Assembly (NCBI GenBank): GCA_964623775.1 | Contig: CAZUVH010000005.1 | Coordinates: 1,546 to 65,545, forward strand | Direction: 5' to 3' | Length of the DNA stretch: 64,000 nt | Source of the DNA: an uncultured Candidatus Saccharibacteria bacterium | GTDB lineage: Bacteria > Patescibacteriota > Minisyncoccia > Phycocordibacterales > UBA2100 | Shown here: positions 26,306 through 34,802 of the stretch, piece after piece | How the letters are laid out: the number at the start of each line of letters is the position of its first letter | How positions within the stretch are numbered: position 1 is the first letter of the stretch | Program-made: the position numbers and the translations under genes | Notes under the pieces: generated by a model | Told to the model about the DNA's origin: nothing | The model's database searches: none | What the model saw: only the letters and a program-made list of their open reading frames with translations

Positions 26306-27361
26306 ATGATCGGTAAGATCATAGTTTCTGTCCGCTCCTTCTTCCGGAGCGGCATTATTCGATGCTTTTGGGGCAACAAAAAATTCGCTTTCCTCGCATA
26401 TGGAATGCTCGCCATTTTGATGTTGGTCACGAGTGCCAATGTCTGGGGAGCGTTTTATTTTGCGGAGCTTGTGAAAACGCACGGCGATATGCTGCAGTAT
26501 TCGACGACCGAAGGCTCGTATCTGATAATCGTGTTCAAGGTGCTTTTCATCTGGCTTGCCATTTTCGCCACGACCGATGCGCTCAAGTATTTCGTGAAGA
26601 GCCGCCTTGCCGCCTACTGGCGCCGTGAAGCACGGTACTGGTACGAAGAGCGCGCCGAGGCCAATCCGCAGAAGGTCAGTCATATCGGACAGCGTATTAT
26701 CGACACACCGAAAGAGATCGTCGAAAAAATGCTGGATGTCATAGTCGACGGGTATCGTGCAATCAACTCGCTCATTTTTTTCGTCCCGATGACGATACAA
26801 CTGAGCACGCATTTCGAGCCGGTTGCGTACGCCTTCATGCAGTCCTATCTCGGTTTCGGCTTTCACATTCCGTGGCTCTTGTTGTGGATCCTTGTCATCA
26901 TATTTCTCATCGAGACCGGGGTCTCGCATATCATCGGCAGACGACTCCCCCAGCTCGAATCCGAGAAGCAAAAGGCTGTATCACTTGCACGAAAGATCGC
27001 TGAGAAGTCGCACTCCAACAACCATAGCGGTCGACTCTTGCCGACACTTGCGGATAATCATCTTCGCAGGCGTACCAAACTTGCGATCAAGATGCTTTTC
27101 ATCCGCGAAAAACGGCAGATCAATTGGCAGTCCGCGCTCGTGTTGTGGCAGATCACGTACGGCATTCTCTGGTCGATCGGCCCCATGCTCGTCATTGGAT
27201 ATTTTGTGGCAGTCCTCCTTACGGTCACGCTCGGCATTATGTCCAAGGCCATGGCCGCACTCAATGAAGTCCATTCATCTCTCGCCGTGATTCCCAATTC
27301 GTGGCCAAAAATCATGGATATCCGGGGCGGTCTAAAATTGCTCAGGCGTATCGAGGAATGA
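26306..27361 (+). CDS. Hypothetical polytopic membrane protein (possibly SbmA/BacA- or ABC-TMD-like)
   Basis: GAGGAGG RBS. About 6 TM helices. Terminator at 27383-27415. Confidence 0.5.
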   Translation: MIGKIIVSVRSFFRSGIIRCFWGNKKFAFLAYGMLAILMLVTSANVWGAFYFAELVKTHGDMLQYSTTEGSYLIIVFKVLFIWLAIFATTDALKYFVKSRLAAYWRREARYWYEERAEANPQKVSHIGQRIIDTPKEIVEKMLDVIVDGYRAINSLIFFVPMTIQLSTHFEPVAYAFMQSYLGFGFHIPWLLLWILVIIFLIETGVSHIIGRRLPQLESEKQKAVSLARKIAEKSHSNNHSGRLLPTLADNHLRRRTKLAIKMLFIREKRQINWQSALVLWQITYGILWSIGPMLVIGYFVAVLLTVTLGIMSKAMAALNEVHSSLAVIPNSWPKIMDIRGGLKLLRRIEE

Positions 27362-27491
27362 CGGTCTGACACATTCCCTCTCCCGCTCCACATCAGGTGG
27401 AGCGGTTTCTTGTTTACGGGTCACGCTACACCCACCCTTTCGAGAGCGAGATTTCCTGCTACCATTCCAATCAGAAGAAAGAGAGGAAACA

Positions 27492-28778
27492 ATGTCGGCA
27501 AGAAACATCTACGAGGCACCGCTGCCGCTTCATCTGCCGTTCGTACATAAAGGTTCTGCAACTGCCTCGCATCAGGTAAACGGCAGTCCAGGCAGCAATT
27601 GGGATATTTTTGAGCGAGAAGTGTGGGCAAAAGAAATGCTTGCGCAGGGCAAGAATCCCGAAGATTTTATCGCGGGCAACGCATGCGAATTCATGACGCG
27701 CTACCGTGACGATTTCAAACGCGCGCACGAGCTCGGCCACAACGCCATCAGAATAAGTTTTGATTGGGCACTTGTCGAGCGTGAGCGCGGAAAATTTGAA
27801 ACTGAAGTTCTCGTGAAGTGGAGAACTATGGTCGAGACTGCGATTGCGTGCGGTCTTGAGGTCGTCGGCACCGGCTATCATTGGACGCATCCTGGCTGGT
27901 TTGAGGCGCTCGGCGGCTGGAAGCATTCGGACGCACCAATGTTGTACGCAAAATTCTTTGCAAAGCTACTGGAATACGTCGGCGATAAAGTGCGCTGGTG
28001 GACTGTATTCAATGAGCCCAGCTGGTATCTGCCATCTTCGTACCGCTGGGGAATCAATCCCCCGCGAGAAGCGAGCGAGGACGGCTACAAACGTGCCTTC
28101 GACAATATGGTCTGGGCGCACAGGCATGTATACGCACTCATCAAGCAACGCAACCCTACGGCGATGGTGGGCATCGGAGAGGCTGACAATTGGACTGAGT
28201 ATACCGATCCGTCTATGGAATCGAACGAAGTTCATTTTGTCGATCGGATCATCAATAAGCTCGATTTCATCGGCGTTCAGATGTACATGCATTCGAAGTA
28301 CGACCCCGCCGGCAACAAACTCGGCTGGGATGGTCACGACCCCTGCGTCGAGCACCCTGTGCAATCCGACATGCCGTGGGGCATGTGCCCGCGACTTGCA
28401 TACGAGGTCGTAAAGAAATATGCCGCACGCTATCCCGGCAAGCCGATAATGATCACGGAGCACGGTCATGCGGTGAGGGAAATGGTCGACGACAATCGTC
28501 GCTGCTGGTATATCTGGGAGTCGCTCAAGTGGCTCTCAAAGGCGATCGACGAGGGCGTGCCATTGATCGGCTACCTGCACTGGAGCTTGCTGCGTAACTT
28601 CGAATGGCTGAAGGGCTGGGAACAAGATTTCGGCCTCATCCATGTCGACCTTAAGACGCAAACGCGCACCGAGCGTACCTCGGCGCACCTTCTGCGCGAC
28701 ATCTTCAATGCTGGCGCGCTCACGCAGGAGATCGCCGACAAATATGCGCATGTAATCAAACATCCGCACTGCTCATAA
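27492..28778 (+). CDS. Glycoside hydrolase family 1 beta-glucosidase
   Basis: Acid/base TVFNEP and nucleophile ITEHG motifs. RBS GAGAGGAAAC. Terminator at 28784-28812. Confidence 0.85.
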   Translation: MSARNIYEAPLPLHLPFVHKGSATASHQVNGSPGSNWDIFEREVWAKEMLAQGKNPEDFIAGNACEFMTRYRDDFKRAHELGHNAIRISFDWALVERERGKFETEVLVKWRTMVETAIACGLEVVGTGYHWTHPGWFEALGGWKHSDAPMLYAKFFAKLLEYVGDKVRWWTVFNEPSWYLPSSYRWGINPPREASEDGYKRAFDNMVWAHRHVYALIKQRNPTAMVGIGEADNWTEYTDPSMESNEVHFVDRIINKLDFIGVQMYMHSKYDPAGNKLGWDGHDPCVEHPVQSDMPWGMCPRLAYEVVKKYAARYPGKPIMITEHGHAVREMVDDNRRCWYIWESLKWLSKAIDEGVPLIGYLHWSLLRNFEWLKGWEQDFGLIHVDLKTQTRTERTSAHLLRDIFNAGALTQEIADKYAHVIKHPHCS

Positions 28779-28818
28779 AAATCAAAGTCCCCGCAGTGCG
28801 GGGACTTTTTTATAGAAC

Positions 28819-29088
28819 TTATGGTCGGACCTGGACACAGGGGCCGCCGGGGACACAGAAACCGACGCCGGGCCTACGATCTTCGTAGTAGTCGCGATCG
28901 TCGTAATACCGCCGCGGTGGCGCATATTCGTATCGCGGCTCGACATGCCGTCGCGGCACGCAGTACGGATCGAGCGCCACATAGGCGCCGTTGGGGTAGT
29001 GGCGATGCGGACAGCCGTTGTAGTGGGCTGATGCGAGAGAGGTGGAGCCGAGAATCACAAATGCCGACAAGAGCAGTGCTTTGCGCAT
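28819..29088 (-). CDS. Small secreted Cys/Tyr/Arg-rich protein
   Basis: AGGAGG RBS. Signal peptide MRKALLLSAFVILGSTSLASA. Confidence 0.5.
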   Translation of the reverse strand: MRKALLLSAFVILGSTSLASAHYNGCPHRHYPNGAYVALDPYCVPRRHVEPRYEYAPPRRYYDDRDYYEDRRPGVGFCVPGGPCVQVRP

Positions 29089-29189
29089 GTATACCTCCTT
29101 GAACAATGCGACCGAGGGAAATTATACATCAGGAAAAACCTCTTTCCCAAGAGGCATAAATCACAAAAATGCTATAGGATACAAAGATT

Positions 29190-29272
29190 GGGCAGGTGGC
29201 GGAATTGGTAGACGCACTAGGCTTAGGACCTAGCGGAGTAATCCATTGGGAGTTCGAGTCTCCCCCTGCCCA
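29190..29272 (+). tRNA. tRNA-Leu(TAG)
   Basis: GGGCAGGTGGCGGAATTGGTAGACGCACTAGGCTTAGGACCTAG + long variable arm + GGGAGTTCGAGTCTCCCCCTGCCCA. Confidence 0.85.
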
Positions 29273-29280
29273 CAAAGAAA

Positions 29281-29604
29281 TCAAGGATTGCCACCAAAAT
29301 TAATCGGCGCGGTGACGTTGTTGATGCGGCTCGTGTCAAAATTGCCCTGCAGGGCACCAAGCTGGAAAGTGTTGTCGAGAAGCGCGAGGATGCCATAGAC
29401 AGAGATCATAATGAGCATACCGACGATTCCCCAGAGCATGTGCTGCTTGCCCTCGCTCCTCTTACTTTCATTCTCAACATTGATGAGGAATTGAACCAAT
29501 CCCCATATAAACATGAAGAATCCCGCAGCAAACACGAGCAGGATCGCTGGATCGATTATGTATGTGACGAAGCGTCCGATGAGATTTTCTGTTGAGCCGC
29601 CCAT
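29281..29604 (-). CDS. Small double-TM protein, paralog 1 of the pilin-like (VirB2/TrbC-topology) array
   Basis: TM1-NESKRSEGKQHMLWG-TM2 pattern shared with neighbours. Confidence 0.5.
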   Translation of the reverse strand: MGGSTENLIGRFVTYIIDPAILLVFAAGFFMFIWGLVQFLINVENESKRSEGKQHMLWGIVGMLIMISVYGILALLDNTFQLGALQGNFDTSRINNVTAPINFGGNP

Positions 29605-29657
29605 AGGTACTGATTATACGTGAAAAAGCCCCGCTCTGCGGGGCTTTTTAGGGATAT

Positions 29658-30008
29658 CTAGAATGCACCCGTATTAATTTGGATACCCTTCGGAATGACA
29701 GGGTCTGTCGAGGTTACCTTGAAGGTGCTCTGGAGGAGGCGAATGATGCCCCAGATCGACACCATCACGAAGATAGCGACGACGCCATAGAACATAATCT
29801 GCAAGCCTTCAGACTTCTTCTCACCTACCTCGGTGAGGTACTTGATCAAGCCCCAAAAGAAGATGACGATCGCGAGCGTAATGAAGAGGCCGATAGCGGC
29901 ATTGAGGAAGGTATTGGCAAGAGCAAGGGTGTCGAGGAGCGTGGCCGCACTCGCCAAGGCCGGCAAGAAAAGTGATGCTCCAGCTGAAATGCCAATTAAT
30001 CTTCGCAT
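29658..30008 (-). CDS. Small double-TM protein with signal peptide, paralog 2 of the pilin-like array
   Basis: MRRLIGISAGASLFLPALASA signal. TM1-VGEKKSEGLQIMFYG-TM2. Confidence 0.55.
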   Translation of the reverse strand: MRRLIGISAGASLFLPALASAATLLDTLALANTFLNAAIGLFITLAIVIFFWGLIKYLTEVGEKKSEGLQIMFYGVVAIFVMVSIWGIIRLLQSTFKVTSTDPVIPKGIQINTGAF

Positions 30009-30098
30009 AATATCAATATAGTTTATTGTTAGTCCTTTAATCGTACTGCCCTCGGCGCAAAATACAATACGGATTTTGAGCCGAATGGGGATAGTGCT

Positions 30099-30503
30099 TT
30101 AGTGTTCATCTTTGCCCCCTCCACCGCTTCCCTTAATAACCTCGATCACGATATAGCCCACGAAGAGTATTGCGATAATCGCGATAAGTGCTGTAACTGC
30201 TGCGGGATGGGATATGAAGTATTGCTGGACCGCAACCAGTACAACGAGCACGAAGAGCGTCACGACCCCCCACTCCATGATACGAATGCCTTCTGAGCGC
30301 CCAATAGTGCCGATTCGAACCATCCATACAATAAGACCAGCCACAAACGCAATTATGGCACCGACGAGCATGAGCCCAACGAATATGTTGAAAAGTCCGA
30401 ATATATCAGCTCCGGTGATACCAGCTCCTGAGCCACCGACAGTCCCCGTACCTGTCGCGGCAACGAGCCCATGTAGAAATCTATTTTTATTATGTGTGTT
30501 CAT
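30099..30503 (-). CDS. Small double-TM protein, paralog 3 of the pilin-like array
   Basis: Gly-rich N-terminus. TM1-GRSEGIRIMEWG-TM2. 4-bp overlap with the upstream gene. Confidence 0.5.
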   Translation of the reverse strand: MNTHNKNRFLHGLVAATGTGTVGGSGAGITGADIFGLFNIFVGLMLVGAIIAFVAGLIVWMVRIGTIGRSEGIRIMEWGVVTLFVLVVLVAVQQYFISHPAAVTALIAIIAILFVGYIVIEVIKGSGGGGKDEH

Positions 30504-30916
30504 TGGAAAGTACCGGGTGGTACGGGTGGGGCAAATGTTCCTGAATTGTCTTGCTCTACGAATCCTCCACCGCCCCCACCGGCGCTCGGAAATTGATCGC
30601 CGCCAAAGAGAGAATTTTGTAGAAGCTGAAGTATCCCCCAGATCGACACCATCACAAAAAGCACGATGATGCCCCAGAAAAAGTAGGCCTTTATTTTTTC
30701 GGCATTCGCCGCGCCTCCCTTTTGGAAATTCATGACATTGGTCGAGACACCGTAAAAATAGACGACGAGTCCAAGTACGAGGAGCACAACGACGGCGTTG
30801 TTCATCAATACCACGAGCACGTTGGCAAGTTCTTGGAAAGTCTTGGGCGCCGCCAAGGAGACTGCTGGTATCGCCAGGAGTGCGATTGGTGCAAGCTGAA
30901 GGAAGCGACGCATCAT
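30500..30916 (-). CDS. Small double-TM protein with signal peptide, paralog 4 of the pilin-like array
   Basis: MMRRFLQLAPIALLAIPAVSLAAP signal. TM1-KGGAANAEKIKAYFFWG-TM2. Gly-rich tail. Confidence 0.5.
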   Translation of the reverse strand: MMRRFLQLAPIALLAIPAVSLAAPKTFQELANVLVVLMNNAVVVLLVLGLVVYFYGVSTNVMNFQKGGAANAEKIKAYFFWGIIVLFVMVSIWGILQLLQNSLFGGDQFPSAGGGGGGFVEQDNSGTFAPPVPPGTFQ

Positions 30917-31281
30917 ATACCAGTGGTCAGCTGCGAGACCGTACCGCCGATCAGGGTGGCAATGACCCATGCGCCCATGATAAGTAATGCACCAATGATG
31001 ACGTACAAGAAATTCTTTTTTGCTTCGCCGAGCTTGCCTACATTCCCCTGTGCAGTGACGAACAAAAAACCGGCATACACTACAAAGAGTGTAATGATTG
31101 GGAGCGCAACCATCACGAGGACCCTGAGTGCGCCCGCAATGAATTCTGAAATGTCTTTGAACTTGAGCGGGTTTTCGAGCTGAGCGCCCTGCTGCGCCTG
31201 TGCGTGAGCGAGCGCAAACATTGCAAAAAAGACAATCACTGCGGGCAGTAGGACTATGAGCGGACGAATTGTTGCATACAT
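30913..31281 (-). CDS. Small double-TM protein with signal peptide, paralog 5 of the pilin-like array
   Basis: MYATIRPLIVLLPAVIVFFAMFALAHA signal. TM1-GKLGEAKKNFLYV-TM2. Confidence 0.5.
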   Translation of the reverse strand: MYATIRPLIVLLPAVIVFFAMFALAHAQAQQGAQLENPLKFKDISEFIAGALRVLVMVALPIITLFVVYAGFLFVTAQGNVGKLGEAKKNFLYVIIGALLIMGAWVIATLIGGTVSQLTTGI

Positions 31282-31288
31282 ACGATTA

Positions 31289-32629
31289 TTATAGCCCGAG
31301 TATTCGGGCGATTTCCTGATCGGCCCTTTGGACTGCCTCGCTCACGCTTGCTGCGCCACTTGTCGTGCTTTCAATCATCCCCTGAAAGGCGGCATTTGTT
31401 TTTTCAGGATCAGGATCAATCCATGCGCGGGAAATGATCGCCGCTCTGTTGAAGACCTCCTGATCCCCTGTCGTCTTTTGCGCCAGTACATCGCGGCGCG
31501 CAGAAGGAATGCCGATTGCGGTCGAGAACGCCTTGCTCAAATCCGTTGACGCAAGAAGGTAGGCAGCCGTGACGGCTCCCGCAGGATTCCTGCTCCCGCG
31601 CGCTGTCGCAAATCCGAATACATGTCCATACGTGAGCGAGCGCGCACCGCCGCGGATCTGCGGAAGTGACGCGGGAGCAAAATTAAGATTGGGATTCATG
31701 CGCCGTATCAATGGCTCTTCGCTTGCGTATCCGATATAGATCCCGAGATCACCTGCCGCAAAAGCAGCGCGCGAACTGGCCATCGCGCGATTCCAGGAGT
31801 AGTCGTTCTTCGACGGATCAGCAAAGCCGGTGTAGAAACGGAGCGCGCTCTCTGCTGCCTGTGCCGCGTCTCCAGCTCTCGACGAGAGCGCCGGCACGAG
31901 GCGATTGGAGCCATCGAGCGCCGTGATAGATCCGCCTGCCTGCATGATGAGCGTTGCGAGGATGTCTTTTGCGTTGTCGATATTTTTGTATTCACCAAAG
32001 GCAATCGCGCTTTTCTTGATCGCGTTGGTCTGATCCCGTACCGTGACCGAATTTTGGTTGACGCTCGCGCTTCCATTATTGATATATGTCGACATCGGAA
32101 TGAGTTCATCCCAATACGACGGCGGCTTCGCGTACCCGGCAGTCGCCAGAAGATCGCGATTCCAATACATTACGAGTGGATCGTCGAGAAACGGTATCGC
32201 GAGTATTGCCTCGAGATTCTTCGAAACGAACGGGTTGGCGGCCTCGATAAACGTCGCCTCAAACTGCTCAAGCGGCAGCGATTCAAAACCAATCGGCAAG
32301 ATCATCCCGGCGTTCTTCACAGCGTTGTCTTGGCGAAGGATGAAGAGATCAGGCCCTTGGCCACTCGCGAGTGCTGTCGTGAGATCCGCCTCGTATGTGG
32401 CAGGATCGTGCTGCTCGTATGAGACCTGTGCAAGCGCAGGTGTCGTCTCCGATGCCTGCCGAATGACCGCGTTGACAGCGGTCTCGTCGAGCGTGCCCCA
32501 AATACGCACGCTCCCCACGCCATTGTTGCCCGTACCGCCGACAGCAAACGCAAAGATGAGGACACCCGAGACGGCAAAAGCGCCGAAAACGATGAGTAAT
32601 ATGGTCTGGAATTTTGAAAGTGATTTCAT
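31289..32629 (-). CDS. Membrane-anchored extracellular solute-binding protein (SBP family 1-like)
   Basis: N-terminal TM MKSLSKFQTILLIVFGAFAV. DPLVMYWNRDLLATAGYAKPPSYWDEL block typical of sugar-binding SBPs. 7-bp gap to the pilin-like genes. Confidence 0.6.
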   Translation of the reverse strand: MKSLSKFQTILLIVFGAFAVSGVLIFAFAVGGTGNNGVGSVRIWGTLDETAVNAVIRQASETTPALAQVSYEQHDPATYEADLTTALASGQGPDLFILRQDNAVKNAGMILPIGFESLPLEQFEATFIEAANPFVSKNLEAILAIPFLDDPLVMYWNRDLLATAGYAKPPSYWDELIPMSTYINNGSASVNQNSVTVRDQTNAIKKSAIAFGEYKNIDNAKDILATLIMQAGGSITALDGSNRLVPALSSRAGDAAQAAESALRFYTGFADPSKNDYSWNRAMASSRAAFAAGDLGIYIGYASEEPLIRRMNPNLNFAPASLPQIRGGARSLTYGHVFGFATARGSRNPAGAVTAAYLLASTDLSKAFSTAIGIPSARRDVLAQKTTGDQEVFNRAAIISRAWIDPDPEKTNAAFQGMIESTTSGAASVSEAVQRADQEIARILGL

Positions 32630-32633
32630 AAAA

Positions 32634-33221
32634 TTATTTTTTAGATGCGTGATTGGTAGGCTTAAAGATGAGGCCATAGTGGTGCGCCCCTGCAGGAAAA
32701 TCGCGCAGGAATTCAAACCCATTATCACGAGCGTATGCAAAAGCCATCTCTTTTTTCACAACTTCACTTTTTTGGGGCCCCATACCGCCCCACGAATCAC
32801 TCCAGTCGATCACAATAAGCTTACCGGTGGGCTTTAAGATCCTGTGCGCTTCGATAAAAACGGCTTCCTTGTTTTCGATCTGAAAAAGGAGATTCGAGAT
32901 GAGCACTATATCGAGATGGCGGTCAGTGACCTTGCTGCTGCGACGCGCCTCGAGATCGGCCCAGATTACCGAAACATTCTTAAATCCGCGTTTTGTCGCT
33001 TCGTTTTGCGTACGCTTCAAAAGATCGCGCTGGACGTCGATTGCATATACATGCCCGCTGCCGGCGAGCCACTCTGCGATCGCAAGGACATAGTGCCCGC
33101 TACCTGACCCAAAATCAGCGACATGCATTCCATGGTCTATGCCAAAAGTCGCCACATTCGCATGCGGATGCGCAAAACCTTCCGTATTGAGCGGTTTATG
33201 ACGATGTGCAGTGTGCTGCAT
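32634..33221 (-). CDS. Class I SAM-dependent methyltransferase
   Basis: Motif I VADFGSGSGHY. Confidence 0.75.
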   Translation of the reverse strand: MQHTAHRHKPLNTEGFAHPHANVATFGIDHGMHVADFGSGSGHYVLAIAEWLAGSGHVYAIDVQRDLLKRTQNEATKRGFKNVSVIWADLEARRSSKVTDRHLDIVLISNLLFQIENKEAVFIEAHRILKPTGKLIVIDWSDSWGGMGPQKSEVVKKEMAFAYARDNGFEFLRDFPAGAHHYGLIFKPTNHASKK

Positions 33222-33286
33222 CGCTTTAAATTATAGCAACAAAAGAGGCGCCCTATTCGGGCGCCTCGTAATGAACTGTGGGCAGC

Positions 33287-33772
33287 TTATGCCAGACTCT
33301 CGAGAACTCGGATCTCTGTGCCTGCGTCAACCATCTTGATGCGTCGCGATACCTCATCAGCTTCACTTTTTATCTGCCATAGCGAAGCCGTTATCGCCGC
33401 GAACATCTGATCTGAAATGCTCTTTGGACCAGTACCGTCCACAAGCTTACTGAGGTCGAAATTAATTTTTACTTCTTTTTTTATGTCGCTCTTGGAGTAC
33501 ACTGTGTTGATACAGATGACTGACTTCGTCAGAAGTGTGGTATAGCTGGCACCCCCCATATACTTGAATTCGATATACTCGACAAGCGGCTCAATCCACT
33601 GATGTGCAGCCATTTTTTCTTGTAAAAGTTCCACCGTGCGGCTCAGCGATGATTTGCAGTGGCGTGAAGTTGGCTTTTGTTGCCCACCACAAAGTTCGTG
33701 TCCCGGGTATATCATCGAATCAGTCAGTATTCTCGTCATTTCAACCTCCATAGGCCTCGCAGGACCTTTCAT
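33287..33772 (-). CDS. Hypothetical protein
   Basis: 161-aa ORF, no recognisable motif. Confidence 0.4.
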   Translation of the reverse strand: MKGPARPMEVEMTRILTDSMIYPGHELCGGQQKPTSRHCKSSLSRTVELLQEKMAAHQWIEPLVEYIEFKYMGGASYTTLLTKSVICINTVYSKSDIKKEVKINFDLSKLVDGTGPKSISDQMFAAITASLWQIKSEADEVSRRIKMVDAGTEIRVLESLA

Positions 33773-33937
33773 GACTGAACCGTCATAGTTCAGCTGACGA
33801 ATTAATACAATAAAATATCAATGATGTAAAGCGGCGGTGTTCGATATACATACAAATCTCACGGTCGTGAGAGTAGTGTGTAGTGGTTAGAAATTTTAGA
33901 GTTTTCGTACAACAAAAGGCTCCGCGATGCGCAGAGC

Positions 33938-34183
33938 CTACTCTTTATTCAAATACTTTTTGTCGGGCTCAAACAATCCCTGTCTCACATATCCGCACGA
34001 CTCGTACAATCCACCGCCGAGCGGATAAGGATGATCAAAATGCCACTCCGATATGTCCTCACCAAAAGCCGCAATGATAGTGAAGATCACATACCTCACC
34101 TTGTCCGGAGAATCTGAGGTGATCCGATATTCAGTCAGATCTTTGATTCTCGTCGTGTCTTTATCGATCAGGGCTTCGCGCAT
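33938..34183 (-). CDS. Small hypothetical protein, paralog P3 of a 3-member family ending in ...GYV
   Basis: Own-strand terminator GGCTCTGCGCATCGCGGAGCC-TTTTGTTGT. Shares YRITSDSPD / HP...G..Y..GYV pattern with P1 and P2. Confidence 0.4.
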   Translation of the reverse strand: MREALIDKDTTRIKDLTEYRITSDSPDKVRYVIFTIIAAFGEDISEWHFDHPYPLGGGLYESCGYVRQGLFEPDKKYLNKE

Positions 34184-34301
34184 GTGCGCCCCCGTTCATA
34201 CTGACCCGCAATGGATCAGCTTCACCAATCATTACGCCCAATGCATACCTCGGTCAAGCGACAAAAAAGAAGACCCTGCTGTGAAGCAGGGTCATTCGTT
34301 T

Positions 34302-34517
34302 CTATTCGACGATACTCAGGCTCGAGACGACGTATCCTCGTGTCCTGCATTCATTGCCGGTACACGATATCGGGCGAAACAACGACCCGATGACGAGGGG
34401 GTGCTTCTCGATGTCGCTGACGATCTCCTGAACCGCTTCCACGGTGCTGGCGACCACGTCGTATCGCCATGAACCGGGACCATCTGGTCTCCGTCTTACG
34501 TTGAGTGAATTACGCAT
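34302..34517 (-). CDS. Small hypothetical protein, paralog P2 (start trimmed to avoid frame overlap)
   Basis: RRPDGPGSWRYDVVASTVEAVQEI...HPLVIGSLF...TRGYV. About 35% identical to P1. Confidence 0.35.
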   Translation of the reverse strand: MRNSLNVRRRPDGPGSWRYDVVASTVEAVQEIVSDIEKHPLVIGSLFRPISCTGNECRTRGYVVSSLSIVE

Positions 34518-34530
34518 TACACTCTCCTGT

Positions 34531-34770
34531 TCACGTCTGTTGTATGGGATAGATTCGTCGCTGCACATATCCTCGTGTCTGATATTTACCTTCCGGAGTC
34601 CGGAAGGGGTTGTGAAACTCAGACGCAACGATATTGGGTCCATTCATGATCTCGGAAATTTTCGTCTGGATCTCTCCTTCTGAGTCTCCAGTAATCTGAT
34701 AGGCGGTGTGGCCCGGGTGATCCGGCAACGCCCTCATTTCGACATAGGCTGTCATGGACTGCCTCCCCAT
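34531..34770 (-). CDS. Small hypothetical protein, paralog P1, immediately downstream of gyrA
   Basis: LPDHPGHTAYQITGDSEGEIQTKISEI...GPNIVASEF...TRGYV. Confidence 0.4.
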   Translation of the reverse strand: MGRQSMTAYVEMRALPDHPGHTAYQITGDSEGEIQTKISEIMNGPNIVASEFHNPFRTPEGKYQTRGYVQRRIYPIQQT

Positions 34771-34802
34771 GCACTTCTGTAAGATTTACTTGTGAAATTA
34801 TA

